DNA of 64,000 nucleotides from an uncultured Spirochaetota bacterium (GTDB lineage Bacteria > Spirochaetota > Spirochaetia > SZUA-6 > Fen-1364): positions 44,719 through 108,718 of the forward strand of contig CAVUXE010000011.1 in assembly GCA_963745235.1 (NCBI GenBank), given 5' to 3'. Numbering within the stretch: the stretch's first letter is position 1; each line of letters opens with the position of its first letter. Shown piece after piece: positions 31,778 through 42,226 of the stretch. Made by a program: the position numbers and the translations under genes. The notes under the pieces are model-generated. The model was not told where the DNA came from. It saw only the letters and a program-made list of their open reading frames with translations, and made no database searches.

Positions 31778-32818
31778 CTAGTCCCGTTTGAATCCGGGAT
31801 ACGAATTGACTTTGATCTTCCCGGACTTGACGTCTTCAGTAAGTTGGCTGATCTTGACGAGAATGTCGGTGGGGAATTTATCGCCAAGAGCCTTTTTCAT
31901 TACCGACATGTCTGTAAGAGCCACGCCGCCGTTCGCGATATTCATCGTAAGGATTTCGCCTCCTTGGAACGTATTCTTGACCACCGCCTCAACCATAAGA
32001 TAGCTGGCTCGGTCGACTCGCTTCATCATAGAGGTAAGAATGTGTCCCGGATAAATAGCGTCTTGATCCAAGTCAACGCCAATAGCGTATTTATCGGCTT
32101 CCTTGGCTGCCTCGAGAATTCCATTGCCAGTGTTAGATGCCACGTTCATGACGATATCGGCACCTTGATTGTACTGAGCAAGCGTCAGCTCTTTACCTTT
32201 AAGCGGGTCGTTGAAAGTGCCAGCGAATGAGACGAGGACTGTCATCGACGGGTCAATATACTTCGCGCCCTGCTCATACCCGACGAGGAAATCGTGTAGG
32301 ACGGGAATATCCATGCCACCGACCCACCCGATAATCTTATGCCCCCTTACGCCAGGAACGCTTGTCTTGGTAGCAAAGATTGCAGCGGCAGCGCCAGCCA
32401 GGAACGAGCCTTCGTTTTGGGCGAAGACGGCGGACATCACGTTCGGAGCTTTGACGACGCCATCAATAATTCCCATCTTCACGTTAGGGAACTCGGGTGC
32501 GTGCTTAGCAATAATATCCTGGAACTGAGTGCTATTGCCAATAACCAAGTCATACCCCGCAGCTGCCATTGCTACGAAATTAGACTCCCAGTCAGCGGAT
32601 ACAGTGGATTCCAGGACCTTTAGTTCGATGCCAAAGTCTTTCTTCGCTTTGACCAAACCGGCGTAGGAGCCGTCATTGAACGACTTGTCCCCTAAGTTGC
32701 CCGAGAGTACTAGAGCGACCTTGAGAGGCTTCGTTTCAGAAAAAGCCGTTCCAATGAAAACGACAAGACAGCAGAATGCAACAATAAAGACACGGGCAAT
32801 TCTCGTTGTCATGAGCAC
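31778..32818 (-). CDS. BMP-family nucleoside-binding protein
   Basis: GDKSFND, EGSFLAG, AIGVDLDQ and TSMMKRVD. Confidence 0.93.
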   Translation of the reverse strand: MLMTTRIARVFIVAFCCLVVFIGTAFSETKPLKVALVLSGNLGDKSFNDGSYAGLVKAKKDFGIELKVLESTVSADWESNFVAMAAAGYDLVIGNSTQFQDIIAKHAPEFPNVKMGIIDGVVKAPNVMSAVFAQNEGSFLAGAAAAIFATKTSVPGVRGHKIIGWVGGMDIPVLHDFLVGYEQGAKYIDPSMTVLVSFAGTFNDPLKGKELTLAQYNQGADIVMNVASNTGNGILEAAKEADKYAIGVDLDQDAIYPGHILTSMMKRVDRASYLMVEAVVKNTFQGGEILTMNIANGGVALTDMSVMKKALGDKFPTDILVKISQLTEDVKSGKIKVNSYPGFKRD

Positions 32819-33142
32819 AACTCCTTTTCTTCAAACCTAGCAAAAAAGTTGGAACGCTACGATACCTCCTCCCGGGCTTCCCCTAGTTTTGCAGCGTCGA
32901 TCCACCTGCATCTTCGCGTAGGAGGGGACTCCCTGAAGCTGCTTCACGAAAAAGCGTACCTTCCACCCGTAACGTATTTCTCTTTCACCACCGTCCTTGG
33001 GCTTTTTCAAGCTCTTATGCCCCTCTTTTTACAGTCAAAGTTAGAAGGTCAATCACTTACGAAGCGGAAGATCTCGAGGTGGCCGAAGGCTGCTGCAAGA
33101 CCTCCTTTCTAGGAGGCGATGCTAAGCCCGCTCCTCCTGTTA

Positions 33143-33260
33143 TGTCAAGCCGGTGGAAATTACCGGGTGGAAATTCCTGGTGTTGGTGGGTGGAGGCTAG
33201 CTATCCACAATTTGCTAGTCTCTCTCGCTCTCCCCCGCGCCCACTTCCTCTCTCACTACT
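33143..33260. mobile_element. Probable orphan IS21-family end
   Basis: TGTCAA terminus followed by tandem GGTGGAAATT repeats (33152-33161 and 33166-33175). Confidence 0.4.
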
Positions 33261-33289
33261 ACCGCCATCACTTTGTTCTTGCACATATA

Positions 33290-33525
33290 TTACTGGTACT
33301 GGATAATCACCGAGATTCAAGAAGCTTGCATGGTGCCGAAGCTGGTCCACGCATGGCAGGCAAAAATGATGCTGGGGAGTGTGAACAAGACTGACCGCTT
33401 GGACGGGCGCGGAATGAACCGTCTCCAACTTAGCGGGACTCTTCCCGCCGTGTGGATCCCTCCGAAGGATTTGCGAGACAAGAGGGAGTTGTTTTGCATC
33501 CGCATGGTGTTCACGCATCAACGCC
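33290..33525 (+). pseudogene. IS110-family transposase internal fragment
   Basis: YWYWI...[19 protein letters not shown]...LPAVWIPP...RDKREL. Confidence 0.75.
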
Positions 33526-34175
33526 CAGGGGTGCAGTTCAGCATTTCCGTCCCTTTCGAATGCTTTGCCGAGCTGAAGCAGCTGATCGAGTCCCGGCGAT
33601 TGTGGAAACGGCTGGACTCCCTGTGGGACTTCTTCGAGAGCGATTGGGCACCTAAGTGCTGGGAGCGTCGCGACCGATTCCTGTTTCTGCGTCATCGTGG
33701 TGAAGAAGCAGAGCAAGGAACTGTATAGTTGGAACTGTTCACCCCGCACGAGGAAGGCTATGAGTTCAAGGTGATCGTGAGCAACACGCAGGGCAAAGCG
33801 AAGTCGATCCTTCTGTTCCACAACGGCAGGGCGAGCCAAGAGAATCTTTTCTCCGAGCTGAAGAGCCGGTGCAACATGGACTACGTCCCTACGCGCAGGC
33901 TGCCAGGCAACCAGCTGTGCTTCCTCTCGGCGGTGTTTGCTCACAACCTGTATCTCGAACTTCAAATGACCGTCCGAAAGACCGACCGCCTGACGACGCC
34001 AAAACGAGCAGCGCTATGGATATTCGAGGAGGCGGCCTCCATTCGCCCCAAGCTGATCCAGAGAGCGGGACGGCTGACCCGACCCCATGGCCGCCTCCGT
34101 CTGACGTTGAGCGGCAACGAGATCATGCGAAAAGAAATGGTGCATTACCTGGATCGTCTCGCTCAGGCTGCGTAG
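33526..34175 (+). pseudogene. IS1380-family transposase C-terminal fragment
   Basis: FHNGRASQENLFSELK, AHNL and LIQRAGRLTRPHGRLRLTL; internal stop at 33726-33728. Confidence 0.8.
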
Positions 34176-34194
34176 CTGATTTCTAATGCAATGT

Positions 34195-34580
34195 TATGGA
34201 TCAGACGTTTCCGCAGCCCCGAAAGCTATATTCGCATTTGGGGTGGTACCGACCGTGTGCTCAAGCGGAGGAGTCACTCACAACGGGGCGATTAACCGGC
34301 GCAGCCGACATCTTTAACGAGCTTTATTCACCCAGGCAGTGAACCACTTTGTGGACTCTTCGCCCGTGCTGAAGAATTTCAGAATTTCTATCGCGGATTG
34401 GTTGCTCGTAAAGGGTACGGATGCGCTCGGATCGCCGTCTTCCGAAAGATATTCTCGATGACGCGACGGATGCTTTTAGCCCGCGAGAGGTATCGATGGA
34501 CGGAAGTCAAGCTCTACGAGAAAAAGTTTAGCGACCACGCAAAAAAAGCAAAAAGAAGGGAAAACCAAGAGGTTGCTTGA
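34195..34580 (+). pseudogene. IS110-family transposase C-terminal fragment
   Basis: FPQPRKLYSHLG, LFTQAVNH and KGYGCARIAVFRKI. Confidence 0.7.
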
Positions 34581-34585
34581 CATGA

Positions 34586-34612
34586 CCACCGCCAATAAGG
34601 CGGTGGGTTTCT
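34586..34612. terminator. Hairpin between convergent units (possible terminator)
   Basis: CCACCGCC-AATAA-GGCGGTGG perfect stem followed by GTTTCT. Confidence 0.45.
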
Positions 34613-34670
34613 AAGTTGTACTAACTGAAATACCGAACTCACCATGAGCACACCTGCGCTGGCATCAAGT

Positions 34671-35705
34671 TTAAGATTGGTTCGTCAGAATAGTCCGAAG
34701 CCACAGATCCGCGAATGACTCGAAATCCATGTCCCACACTACCTTCATTCGTACGGCCCCGTCATCCAGCGGCCATGTCTGCTGTCCCGGCGTATAATCC
34801 CCTCGCACGTATCCATAGGTCGCGCCATACGTAGGACCGTGCCTTACATCGACCTGCACGTTCATCTCCAAGGTCTTAAACAACCCTGGCTGGAGCAGGT
34901 AGGCAATGCAGACGGAATCGTAAAGTCCGTAGAACAGCCGGGGCTTTTCGCGGTCTACCTCCAAGGATGAGAAGTGGCGCGCCAGGCCGTGCTCGTAGAG
35001 CGAGCCGACCGGGCCACCTACGGAGACGATTTGGTCGTAGTATTCTCTTCTAAAGCTTGTCAGACGACACACGTTCAGCGGGCAGAGTGTGATGGGCATC
35101 CCCGAACGGAGAACGACATGCGCTGCTTCCGGGTCCACCCAGAAGTTGAACTCTGCCGTCGGAGTTATGTTGCCTGAACCCCGAGGAAGCACCGGAATGT
35201 TGCCTCCCATGATAACGACCGACCTGACCTTCTGGACGATCTCCGGATACTTTCGAACTGCCACCGCCACATTGGTTAGCGGCCCGGTGGCCACAAGCGT
35301 AACCTCACCGGGCCGAGCGAGAATCGTCTCGCCGATGAAGTCAACTGCGTGCCGACGGTCTGCCGCCTTGTGGGGAAGCCCGCCGGGGAGTCGCTCCATC
35401 GGCACTTGCTTCGCCCAGTCTCCCCAAACTTTGTCCGCATAGGCGCTCCTCTCATGGAGGAGCGGTCTTGAAAAGCCCGGGCACACAGGAATGTCCTCTC
35501 GCCGGATTTCCTCCAGCACCTTCAGAGCGGTGAGAACCGAGTTTGAGAGATCAAAGTTGCCGGCAACAGGGGTCACTCCGAGTACGTCAATTTCCGACGA
35601 CTTCGCCGCGAAGACGAGTGCAGTGGCATCATCGTTAAGCCAGCCGATGTCGCAATCAAGAATGAGTGTGTGCAAAGCTTGCCCTCTCAGAATCCCGTCT
35701 TCCAC
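34671..35705 (-). CDS. Nucleoside hydrolase (second, divergent)
   Basis: DCDIGWLNDD, TGPLTN, AEFNFWVDPEAA and LYDS (Tyr in place of the usual His). Confidence 0.88.
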   Translation of the reverse strand: MEDGILRGQALHTLILDCDIGWLNDDATALVFAAKSSEIDVLGVTPVAGNFDLSNSVLTALKVLEEIRREDIPVCPGFSRPLLHERSAYADKVWGDWAKQVPMERLPGGLPHKAADRRHAVDFIGETILARPGEVTLVATGPLTNVAVAVRKYPEIVQKVRSVVIMGGNIPVLPRGSGNITPTAEFNFWVDPEAAHVVLRSGMPITLCPLNVCRLTSFRREYYDQIVSVGGPVGSLYEHGLARHFSSLEVDREKPRLFYGLYDSVCIAYLLQPGLFKTLEMNVQVDVRHGPTYGATYGYVRGDYTPGQQTWPLDDGAVRMKVVWDMDFESFADLWLRTILTNQS

Positions 35706-36033
35706 GTTGCTTCCCGTTGTGCAAGCCGAGCCTATTCAAGCCGCGGACCGCCTCCGCGTCCCTACGGGCCATCGTGTCGTTGCAGCCCAACAGTCCGGAT
35801 ACTGCCGCAGAGTGTGGTCACCGATCTGCCCCTTCCGCGTGAGACTCCCGTTAAACGATCCCGCCTTGAGACGCAAGATGACTGAGACCGTCTTCCAACT
35901 GGCTCTTCTGCCATAGCCAGCGTCACCTCCTTTTCGTTGATTTGTGCTATGAGCACCGACGTTCGATCCCTCACGGCTTTGTCACCCTCCTCATACAAAA
36001 CTTCGACGTCATGCACTTCACCGAAGCGCATAT

Positions 36034-36972
36034 TCAAAGAAGCACGGGAACCGGGTCTTGGCTCGGGAAGACGGCTTTGCGTCCGCTACCCTCTGTTGGA
36101 ACGCCGACTTCCTTTGCGCCGCTGACCCACTGGGCGGCAACCGAGTTGGCGCACTGTGCCGCCCGCAGCAGATTGTTGCCCCTCATGACCCGAACTGCCA
36201 ACTCGCCGACAAACGCGTCGCCGGCTCCCAAGGTCCTGCGAACGGCCACCGAGTATGCCGGAACGTGCCAGCGATCCCCCACGAAGTCTGTCAGGAGGCA
36301 GCCGCGCGCTCCCACAGAAATCACTGAGCTTCGGCACATTCTTCCCAGAGCTTTCAGTGCTCGTACGCCGTCGGTCGAGATATCGTTTACTGCGACGCCG
36401 CAGAGCATTTCCGCCTCGATTTCGTTCACTATGAGTACGTCGATATTCCGGAGCAGGCATTTCGGCAACTCCCCGGCTGGCGCAGCATTTAGAAAAACGA
36501 GTCCTCCTCCTTTTTTTGCCTTTGCGGCAGCGTACGTATTCGTTTCGAGGGGAATCTCCCTCTGAAGAAGCAGGCCGGACCCGTTGACGAAATGGGAGGA
36601 GGCCCGGTCCACGTCTGCCGGCGAGAGACGGCTATTGGCCCGGGCGACGATCACGGCGCTATATTGGTCGTCGGGTTCGACCAAGACGTGACCGATCCCT
36701 GTGCCGACTGGGTCTTTGACCACGAACTCTAGGCCGACTCCCGATTCGCGCAGATAATCAAGGACTATCCGCGCGAACGCGTCGTCTCCGATTCGAGCCA
36801 CTAGATGGCTCGCACAGCCGCTTCTGGCTACCTGGACCGCCTGATGGAGTCCTTTTCCGCCTGGCAACATCGCGAACCTTGTACCGAGCAAAGTCTCCCC
36901 TGCTCGCGGTTTTCTACTGGCGTACGCCATCAGGTCGATGTTGACGGAACCGACAGTGATGGTTTCCATCAT
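36034..36972 (-). CDS. rbsK: Ribokinase (PfkB family)
   Basis: GSVNIDL, PGGKG, NEIEA and TLGAGDAF. Some consensus deviations (GLHQA, RT for DT) suggest decay. Confidence 0.8.
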   Translation of the reverse strand: MMETITVGSVNIDLMAYASRKPRAGETLLGTRFAMLPGGKGLHQAVQVARSGCASHLVARIGDDAFARIVLDYLRESGVGLEFVVKDPVGTGIGHVLVEPDDQYSAVIVARANSRLSPADVDRASSHFVNGSGLLLQREIPLETNTYAAAKAKKGGGLVFLNAAPAGELPKCLLRNIDVLIVNEIEAEMLCGVAVNDISTDGVRALKALGRMCRSSVISVGARGCLLTDFVGDRWHVPAYSVAVRRTLGAGDAFVGELAVRVMRGNNLLRAAQCANSVAAQWVSGAKEVGVPTEGSGRKAVFPSQDPVPVLL

Positions 36973-37099
36973 GTTGATTCTCGGAACAGCACCTGATTCA
37001 CGATTTGCCGCGTGCGCAGTGCATCCTGCGCGGATCGTGCCTCGGCCAGAAGACCGTGGTCGATACTTTGCAGCTTGCGCCAGATTGCTTCCACGGTGT

Positions 37100-37175
37100 T
37101 GATGTTTGTCGCGCACTCCAGGACAGGATCCTCACGGATCAGATCAACCATGATATCCGTGTAGAGCAGCAGCAC
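37100..37175 (-). pseudogene. PIN/VapC toxin N-terminal remnant
   Basis: MLLLYTDIMVDLIR resembles the PIN LDTDI motif and lies directly after an antitoxin-sized ORF. Confidence 0.45.
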
Positions 37176-37178
37176 AAC

Positions 37179-37463
37179 CTACCCCTGACGTCTTTCGGCT
37201 CGCTCCCGGAGCTTACGAGAGAACTCGACGCTGTCGCCGATGTCTGTGCGATCCTCCCACATGCCGATGAGCGGCAAGTTGCGTAGTCTGCCGGCGCTGG
37301 AAAAGGGATATCTGGTTTGCGCTTTCCCTTTCGTCCTTGAAGACTTTCCTTTGGGCCTGAAAGTGACCTTCACCTGCTGCCCTTTTTTGAAGGGGAGACC
37401 GGTTACCTTCATGTTTATGACCCCGTCCTTCACGACTACCGTATCCATCTGAATGCTTCCCAT
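37179..37463 (-). CDS. Small putative antitoxin
   Basis: 94 aa with RBS; LPFKKGQQVKV and IGMWEDRTDIGDS.EF.RKLR pattern typical of VapB-like partners. Confidence 0.5.
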   Translation of the reverse strand: MGSIQMDTVVVKDGVINMKVTGLPFKKGQQVKVTFRPKGKSSRTKGKAQTRYPFSSAGRLRNLPLIGMWEDRTDIGDSVEFSRKLRERAERRQG

Positions 37464-37699
37464 GTCCCTATCTCCTTGGGTTCAAAAGTAGTATACGGAA
37501 AAGACCGAGCTCATCAAATACACCGTCACGGCTGCTGTGTCCGCCCGATTGCGCAGCACGTGCGTGGCCATCGAATGTCTGACGCCGACGCTTTCGCACT
37601 GCTCGACGCTGCGGTGGAAAGGGCAGCAGTGTCCTTCACGGAGATCAAGCTGGCACGAATCTAAAAGGGACTGTTCAGTCCAAGAGGAAAAGTGCCCTC

Positions 37700-37850
37700 A
37701 GGTTTGGGCCCCGCAATGGCGGTACCTTTTGATCTGCCTCTGGTGCTCTGTCACTTGTGCCTTCACCGGGGGAAGTTCCGCCTCGTGACGCCGTTCGTAG
37801 CTGATGGCCGCCTCGGCCTCCAGGCACATGACGCATTTCCCACACGCGGC
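37700..37850 (-). pseudogene. IS66 transposase zinc-finger fragment
   Basis: Minus strand reads CGKCVMCLEAEAAISYERRHEAELPPVKAQVTEHQRQIKRYRHCG, the IS66 TnpC zinc-finger pattern. Confidence 0.65.
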
Positions 37851-38099
37851 GAATTAGGCGATACCAAGGACGCTTGTCTCACATGAGATCAGAAATCTCG
37901 AAAAAAACCGGGGGCTGAAAAGGGGGAGGAGAGTGGGGGAGGAGATACAAAGATGTTCAGCCCAAGTTTGATTTTGCATCCGGGACGTGCTTTTCGTGCT
38001 GCGTAAATGGATAGCGTATCCATTTCTCCTATACTCTGTCGCTTTGTCGCGCATAGCGAACAACGCGAAGGCGAGAGTTGCGGCCGTGGGCTGCACCAT

Positions 38100-38470
38100 A
38101 GATCACCGTTGACGAATGTCTTGACGGCATTTCCATCGTAGAGCGCGATTGTCGTAATTTCATCCCAACCAGGGCTCAAACCGGTGGTTTCGATATCGAG
38201 GAAGGCGGTTTCCGGTCTAAAGCTAAACTCCGCAAACAACCGCCAGTGCTCAGAGATAGGTAGACGATCATGAAAGAAACGGGCGTTGCGCTTCTGCAAC
38301 TCGGAGATCGAACGAATGATCAGCGTACGGCAGGATTCGTAGCACGTCAGGGAGAGGCCGGTTGGCTTGTCGCGCAAGAGATTGCTCCACGCGAAAACGC
38401 CCGCATTCCAAAATGCGGTTTCCCTGGCGCTTCGGATCCCCGGGATGAAGCAAGAAGAATTCTTTAGCAT
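38100..38470 (-). pseudogene. RNase H-like (YprB-type) exonuclease, truncated
   Basis: FIPGI...LPISEHWRLF...AFLDIETTGL...ITTIALYDG; homology ends after about 125 aa. Confidence 0.75.
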
Positions 38471-38870
38471 AAACGTTGAGACTGGACAATCGGACATCCT
38501 AATGCATTCGCGCGAGATTGAGAAGGAGCGGAAACATGACCATAGACCATACAACCTCAGTGTGTGCACTCGGACCCCGACTCTCCAATGTGTTCATGTC
38601 CTCGGGGCTATTAACCGAGCGTGCAATGTGAGGTCAAGCCCTTTTCGGAGGCAGAACTGGTTCTCTGACCGCTCCCCTCACATGCTAGCCAATATCATCT
38701 TGTATAACACCAGGATCGGCAATACAGTCTTGTCCATCGAAATGGGCAATTGCCTTGACCGCGACTCCTTGACTTGAGAAGCGTGAACCCTATACGCCAA
38801 TTGATGTGATGCGAACCATCCTCTCTTCAATCCCTTCTACGGAAACCCTTAAGGCGACGCAAACGACGGC

Positions 38871-39476
38871 CTACGTTTGAAAGACTCGAGAAGGGTCCGG
38901 TGTCGCGATCAGCCCTGGGTTCAGCGCGTTCACGCGGATGTTTTCCTTGATGAGCTTATTCGCTAGGCACTTGGAGAACATTAGGAGGGCCGCCTTGGTG
39001 GTGTTGTAAATCGGCTCGTGGCCGAGTGGCTGCTTTGCGCAGATAGAAGCGGTGTTGAGGATCACCCCGCCGCCCCTTTTTCTCATGAGCGGGACAACGG
39101 CGCGGGCGCAGCGGATGGCCGCCATGACGTGCAGATCCCAGAAGTACTGCCATTTCTCATCGGGTGCATCGATGATGGTCTCGCAGGTGCCTGTGCCTGC
39201 ATTGTTGATGAGGATATCCACTCCATCGAAGTGCATGGCGATTCGACTCATCGCAGTATCGATATCGGCCGCCTTGGTGTCATCTGCCGACAGTCCCAGG
39301 CACCGTACCCCGTTGATACAGGCGATGTTCTTCGCTCACGTTCCACGCGTTCTTGGTTGCGCGCCATGATCACGACATCAACCCCCTCGCTTGCTAGTGC
39401 ATGGGCGACCGCAAGCCCTATCCCGACGCTGCCACCCGTGATGACGGCGCGTTTTCCGTTTCAATTCGAGGTCCAT
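38871..39476 (-). pseudogene. SDR oxidoreductase, frameshifted and 3'-truncated
   Basis: [21 protein letters not shown] and RVNALNPG. Confidence 0.85.
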
Positions 39477-39507
39477 GCCGATTATCTCTCCTTGGTTTTT
39501 GAGCCGC

Positions 39508-39603
39508 ATTTTACTACTCCATAGGCTTTGCTGTCAATTAAAGCAGATTATTAGAAAATAACGTTTCAAAAGTTGTTGACATATCTGATGAATGTGGCAT
39601 ACT
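39508..39603. promoter_or_regulatory. Divergent sigma70-type promoters (SDR and ROK regulator)
   Basis: Minus strand: TTGACA-18-TAAAAT (39537-39508). Plus strand: TTGACA-16-CATACT (39576-39603). Confidence 0.55.
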
Positions 39604-39639
39604 CGCTAGGGAAAGCTATCGTGGGCGTCACTTTCGTAG

Positions 39640-40905
39640 GCGTTTCGGGAGGCTCACATAAAGATCCTAAAGCAGAATAACATACGAAAAGTCCTCAATC
39701 TGATCCGCGGCCGCGACACATTCACGGTTGCCGAGATTTCGCAGGCCATTCGTTTCAGCAAAACGACTATTAAGAAGACATTTGACTTGCTCATGGCCAT
39801 GAGTCTCGTGGTTTCAGCAGGGAAAGGCGAGTCCACCGAGGATGGTGGGAAGAAACCAGAGCTATTTCGCTTCAATAAGGGCTTCGGCTATGTTATCAGC
39901 CTCCACGTCACACCAGATTCCATTATTGCCGTGACAACCGATTTGGCTGCGGACATCATGGACTATAAGAAAACCAAAGTGACAAAGGAGAGGGACTTGT
40001 CATTCATCCTTGGCCAGCTTGTTAGGCTGATCCAAGGTTTCGTTGCCGTGAAGGCTAGTTCCGCCGAGAAGCTTATCGGAATCGTCATCTCTCTTCCAGG
40101 CCTCGCTGATTCATCCCTGGGCGTCTCGATCTACTCGCCTCACTATCACTCATGGGGCAGGAACGTTCCTTTCCGCGATATGCTACGGGAGCGTTTAGGT
40201 GAGGGTATTGACGCCCCTATCTTCCTCGATTGCGTAAACCGCTACCAAGCCATCGCCGAGCAGGAGAAGGGCGTGGCCATCGGCGTCACGAACTTCATTA
40301 TCATCGATGCACTCTATGAGGGGTTGGGCTCGGGAATCATTACGCACGGGGAACTGATGCGAGGGACGCAAAGCCTGTCCGGAGAGATCGGCCATATGAC
40401 TGTGAACCCCATCGACGGCCCTGAGTGCATCTGCGGCAACCGCGGGTGCTTCGAGGCGATGGTTTCCGCCAAGCGCATCCGCGAGATGATTCGCGACGCC
40501 TGCAGCCGGGGGGTGAGCTCGCCGCTGTTCAAGGATGGGATGCCGGACACCTCGACTCTCGACGAGGTGTGCGAGCTGGCCAGCGCGGGAGACCTGTTCT
40601 GCCTGTCGCTCATCGACGATGTAGCGAAATGGTTCATCGTCGGGTTGGGGAACATAATCATGGTGAACGATCCCGAGCTCATCGTCATCCAGGGTCAGTA
40701 CGTGAAAGCCGGGGAATCCTTCTTGACGAGGCTGCGGGAAGGCGTTCGCAGGATTGGACTTCCCGATGTCGAGAAGCGCGTGAGGATCGAATACTCAAAA
40801 ATGGGCGCAGAGCGAGGCGTCATTGGTGGCGCCGCTTTTGTCATTTCTGAGTTCTTCGCCAAACGTCTCATGTTCGCGAACAGCCCAGTTCCAAGTGGAA
40901 AATGA
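39640..40905 (+). CDS. ROK-family transcriptional regulator (start uncertain)
   Basis: An HTH (NIRKVLNLIR...AEISQAIRFSKTT) continues in frame upstream of the called start. GGKKP and GEIGH...CICGNRGCFE are present. Confidence 0.9.
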   Translation, partial: AFREAHIKILKQNNIRKVLNLIRGRDTFTVAEISQAIRFSKTTIKKTFDLLMAMSLVVSAGKGESTEDGGKKPELFRFNKGFGYVISLHVTPDSIIAVTTDLAADIMDYKKTKVTKERDLSFILGQLVRLIQGFVAVKASSAEKLIGIVISLPGLADSSLGVSIYSPHYHSWGRNVPFRDMLRERLGEGIDAPIFLDCVNRYQAIAEQEKGVAIGVTNFIIIDALYEGLGSGIITHGELMRGTQSLSGEIGHMTVNPIDGPECICGNRGCFEAMVSAKRIREMIRDACSRGVSSPLFKDGMPDTSTLDEVCELASAGDLFCLSLIDDVAKWFIVGLGNIIMVNDPELIVIQGQYVKAGESFLTRLREGVRRIGLPDVEKRVRIEYSKMGAERGVIGGAAFVISEFFAKRLMFANSPVPSGK

Positions 40906-41029
40906 GAGATGGGTGGTAGGTTTGCAGCCAAGGCTTGGCAAAAAAGGCGACCACAAGAGGAGGTGTGTATGAGCTGAGGAACACGGGGAGAGTTTTGACG
41001 ACGCATTTTCGCAAGTAACGAGAGGAGGA

Positions 41030-42094
41030 ATGAAATTGAAGAGGAAATTGTTTTTGATTGTCGCGATCGTGGCGATTTCTTTGATTTTTTCTGCGAGTCT
41101 TTTCGCAGGAGGAGCGAAGGAAGCGGCGGGTCCGACGACACTCGCCATTTCCATCCGCACGCTTTCAAACCCCTACATGCTCGGCTACAAGTCGGGCGCA
41201 GAGGCATTCAGCGTGAAAGCCGGTTCGCCCCTTGACGTTCTAACATCGGAGGGGAACAGCCAGAAGGCCATCACGGACATTAAGGCGGAAGTGGCGAAGA
41301 CCGGCGGCAACGTCGTGTTGTTCATCGACCCGAACCAGGAAACAGACGACGTAGCAATTGCCCAGATCCTTGACCAGGCTGGTGTCTACTTCGTCACGTG
41401 GTGGAACAAGCCAGCAGACGTGAAGGTCTGGAACTACAAGCACTGGGTCGCCCATATCTCCTTTGACGGCGTGGCTGCAGGGCATTTCACCGCGACGGAG
41501 CTTTTCAAGACGTTCAAGACGCCCAACGAAGGCAAGGTGTTCGCAATCCAGGGTTTGCTTGCTAATACGCCTGCGGAGGAGCGTTTCCAAGGCCTCCAAA
41601 AAGCCATTGCCGAGAACCCAGGAGTGCAGCTTGTGCAGTGGGTGGCGGGCGACTGGGATAGGACAAAGGCCTACGGCCAGACTCGCGAGATGCTGATCGC
41701 TCACCCGGACATCGACGGCGTGTGGTGCGCCAACGATGACATGGCCATGGGCGCTCTCCAGGCGCTGAAGGAAGCAGGCCTGGCAGGGAAAGTCAAAGTA
41801 ACTGGATCGGATGGTATCCCTGAGATGTGGGATGCAATCAAAGCGGGAACGGCAGCCGCGACAGTCCTGAACGATGGGAAGTACCAGGCCACCCTCGGTC
41901 TTGCGATGTCTCTCGCGGCCAAGCAGGGCAAGCTGGACGTCGCTTCCCAGCCCCAGAAGTACCGCCAGTTCGAAATCCCAGCGGTGAACGTAAATAAGGA
42001 CAACGTGGATCAGATCGTCCATGACTACGTCGATAACACGCCCAATTACGATCTGAGCAATTTCTTTGCCCGCTGGTCGGTGGCTATTCCCTAG
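41030..42094 (+). CDS. Sugar ABC substrate-binding protein, copy 1
   Basis: Signal peptide; SNPY, ERFQG, ANDDMA and GSDG. Confidence 0.92.
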   Translation: MKLKRKLFLIVAIVAISLIFSASLFAGGAKEAAGPTTLAISIRTLSNPYMLGYKSGAEAFSVKAGSPLDVLTSEGNSQKAITDIKAEVAKTGGNVVLFIDPNQETDDVAIAQILDQAGVYFVTWWNKPADVKVWNYKHWVAHISFDGVAAGHFTATELFKTFKTPNEGKVFAIQGLLANTPAEERFQGLQKAIAENPGVQLVQWVAGDWDRTKAYGQTREMLIAHPDIDGVWCANDDMAMGALQALKEAGLAGKVKVTGSDGIPEMWDAIKAGTAAATVLNDGKYQATLGLAMSLAAKQGKLDVASQPQKYRQFEIPAVNVNKDNVDQIVHDYVDNTPNYDLSNFFARWSVAIP

Positions 42095-42226
42095 CCGAGA
42101 AGGGCAAGGGCCAGCAAGCGCGGAGATGCGCGCGTAAGCAAGCCCGTAGACAGCGAAGGCTGTTTCGGGAAAAAAGGGGCCCACTCGTAGGGCGGGCCCT
42201 GCATTTCACCTAAGGAGGCTACTGAG

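Noticed and set aside
35710-36037. Possible LacI-like remnant (GLLGCNDTMA) between the ribokinase and the hydrolase
   Set aside because: A single short motif interrupted by stops; too weak to call.
41240-42184. Long antisense ORFs here and opposite many other genes
   Set aside because: These are shadow ORFs expected in GC-rich coding DNA and have no recognisable motifs.
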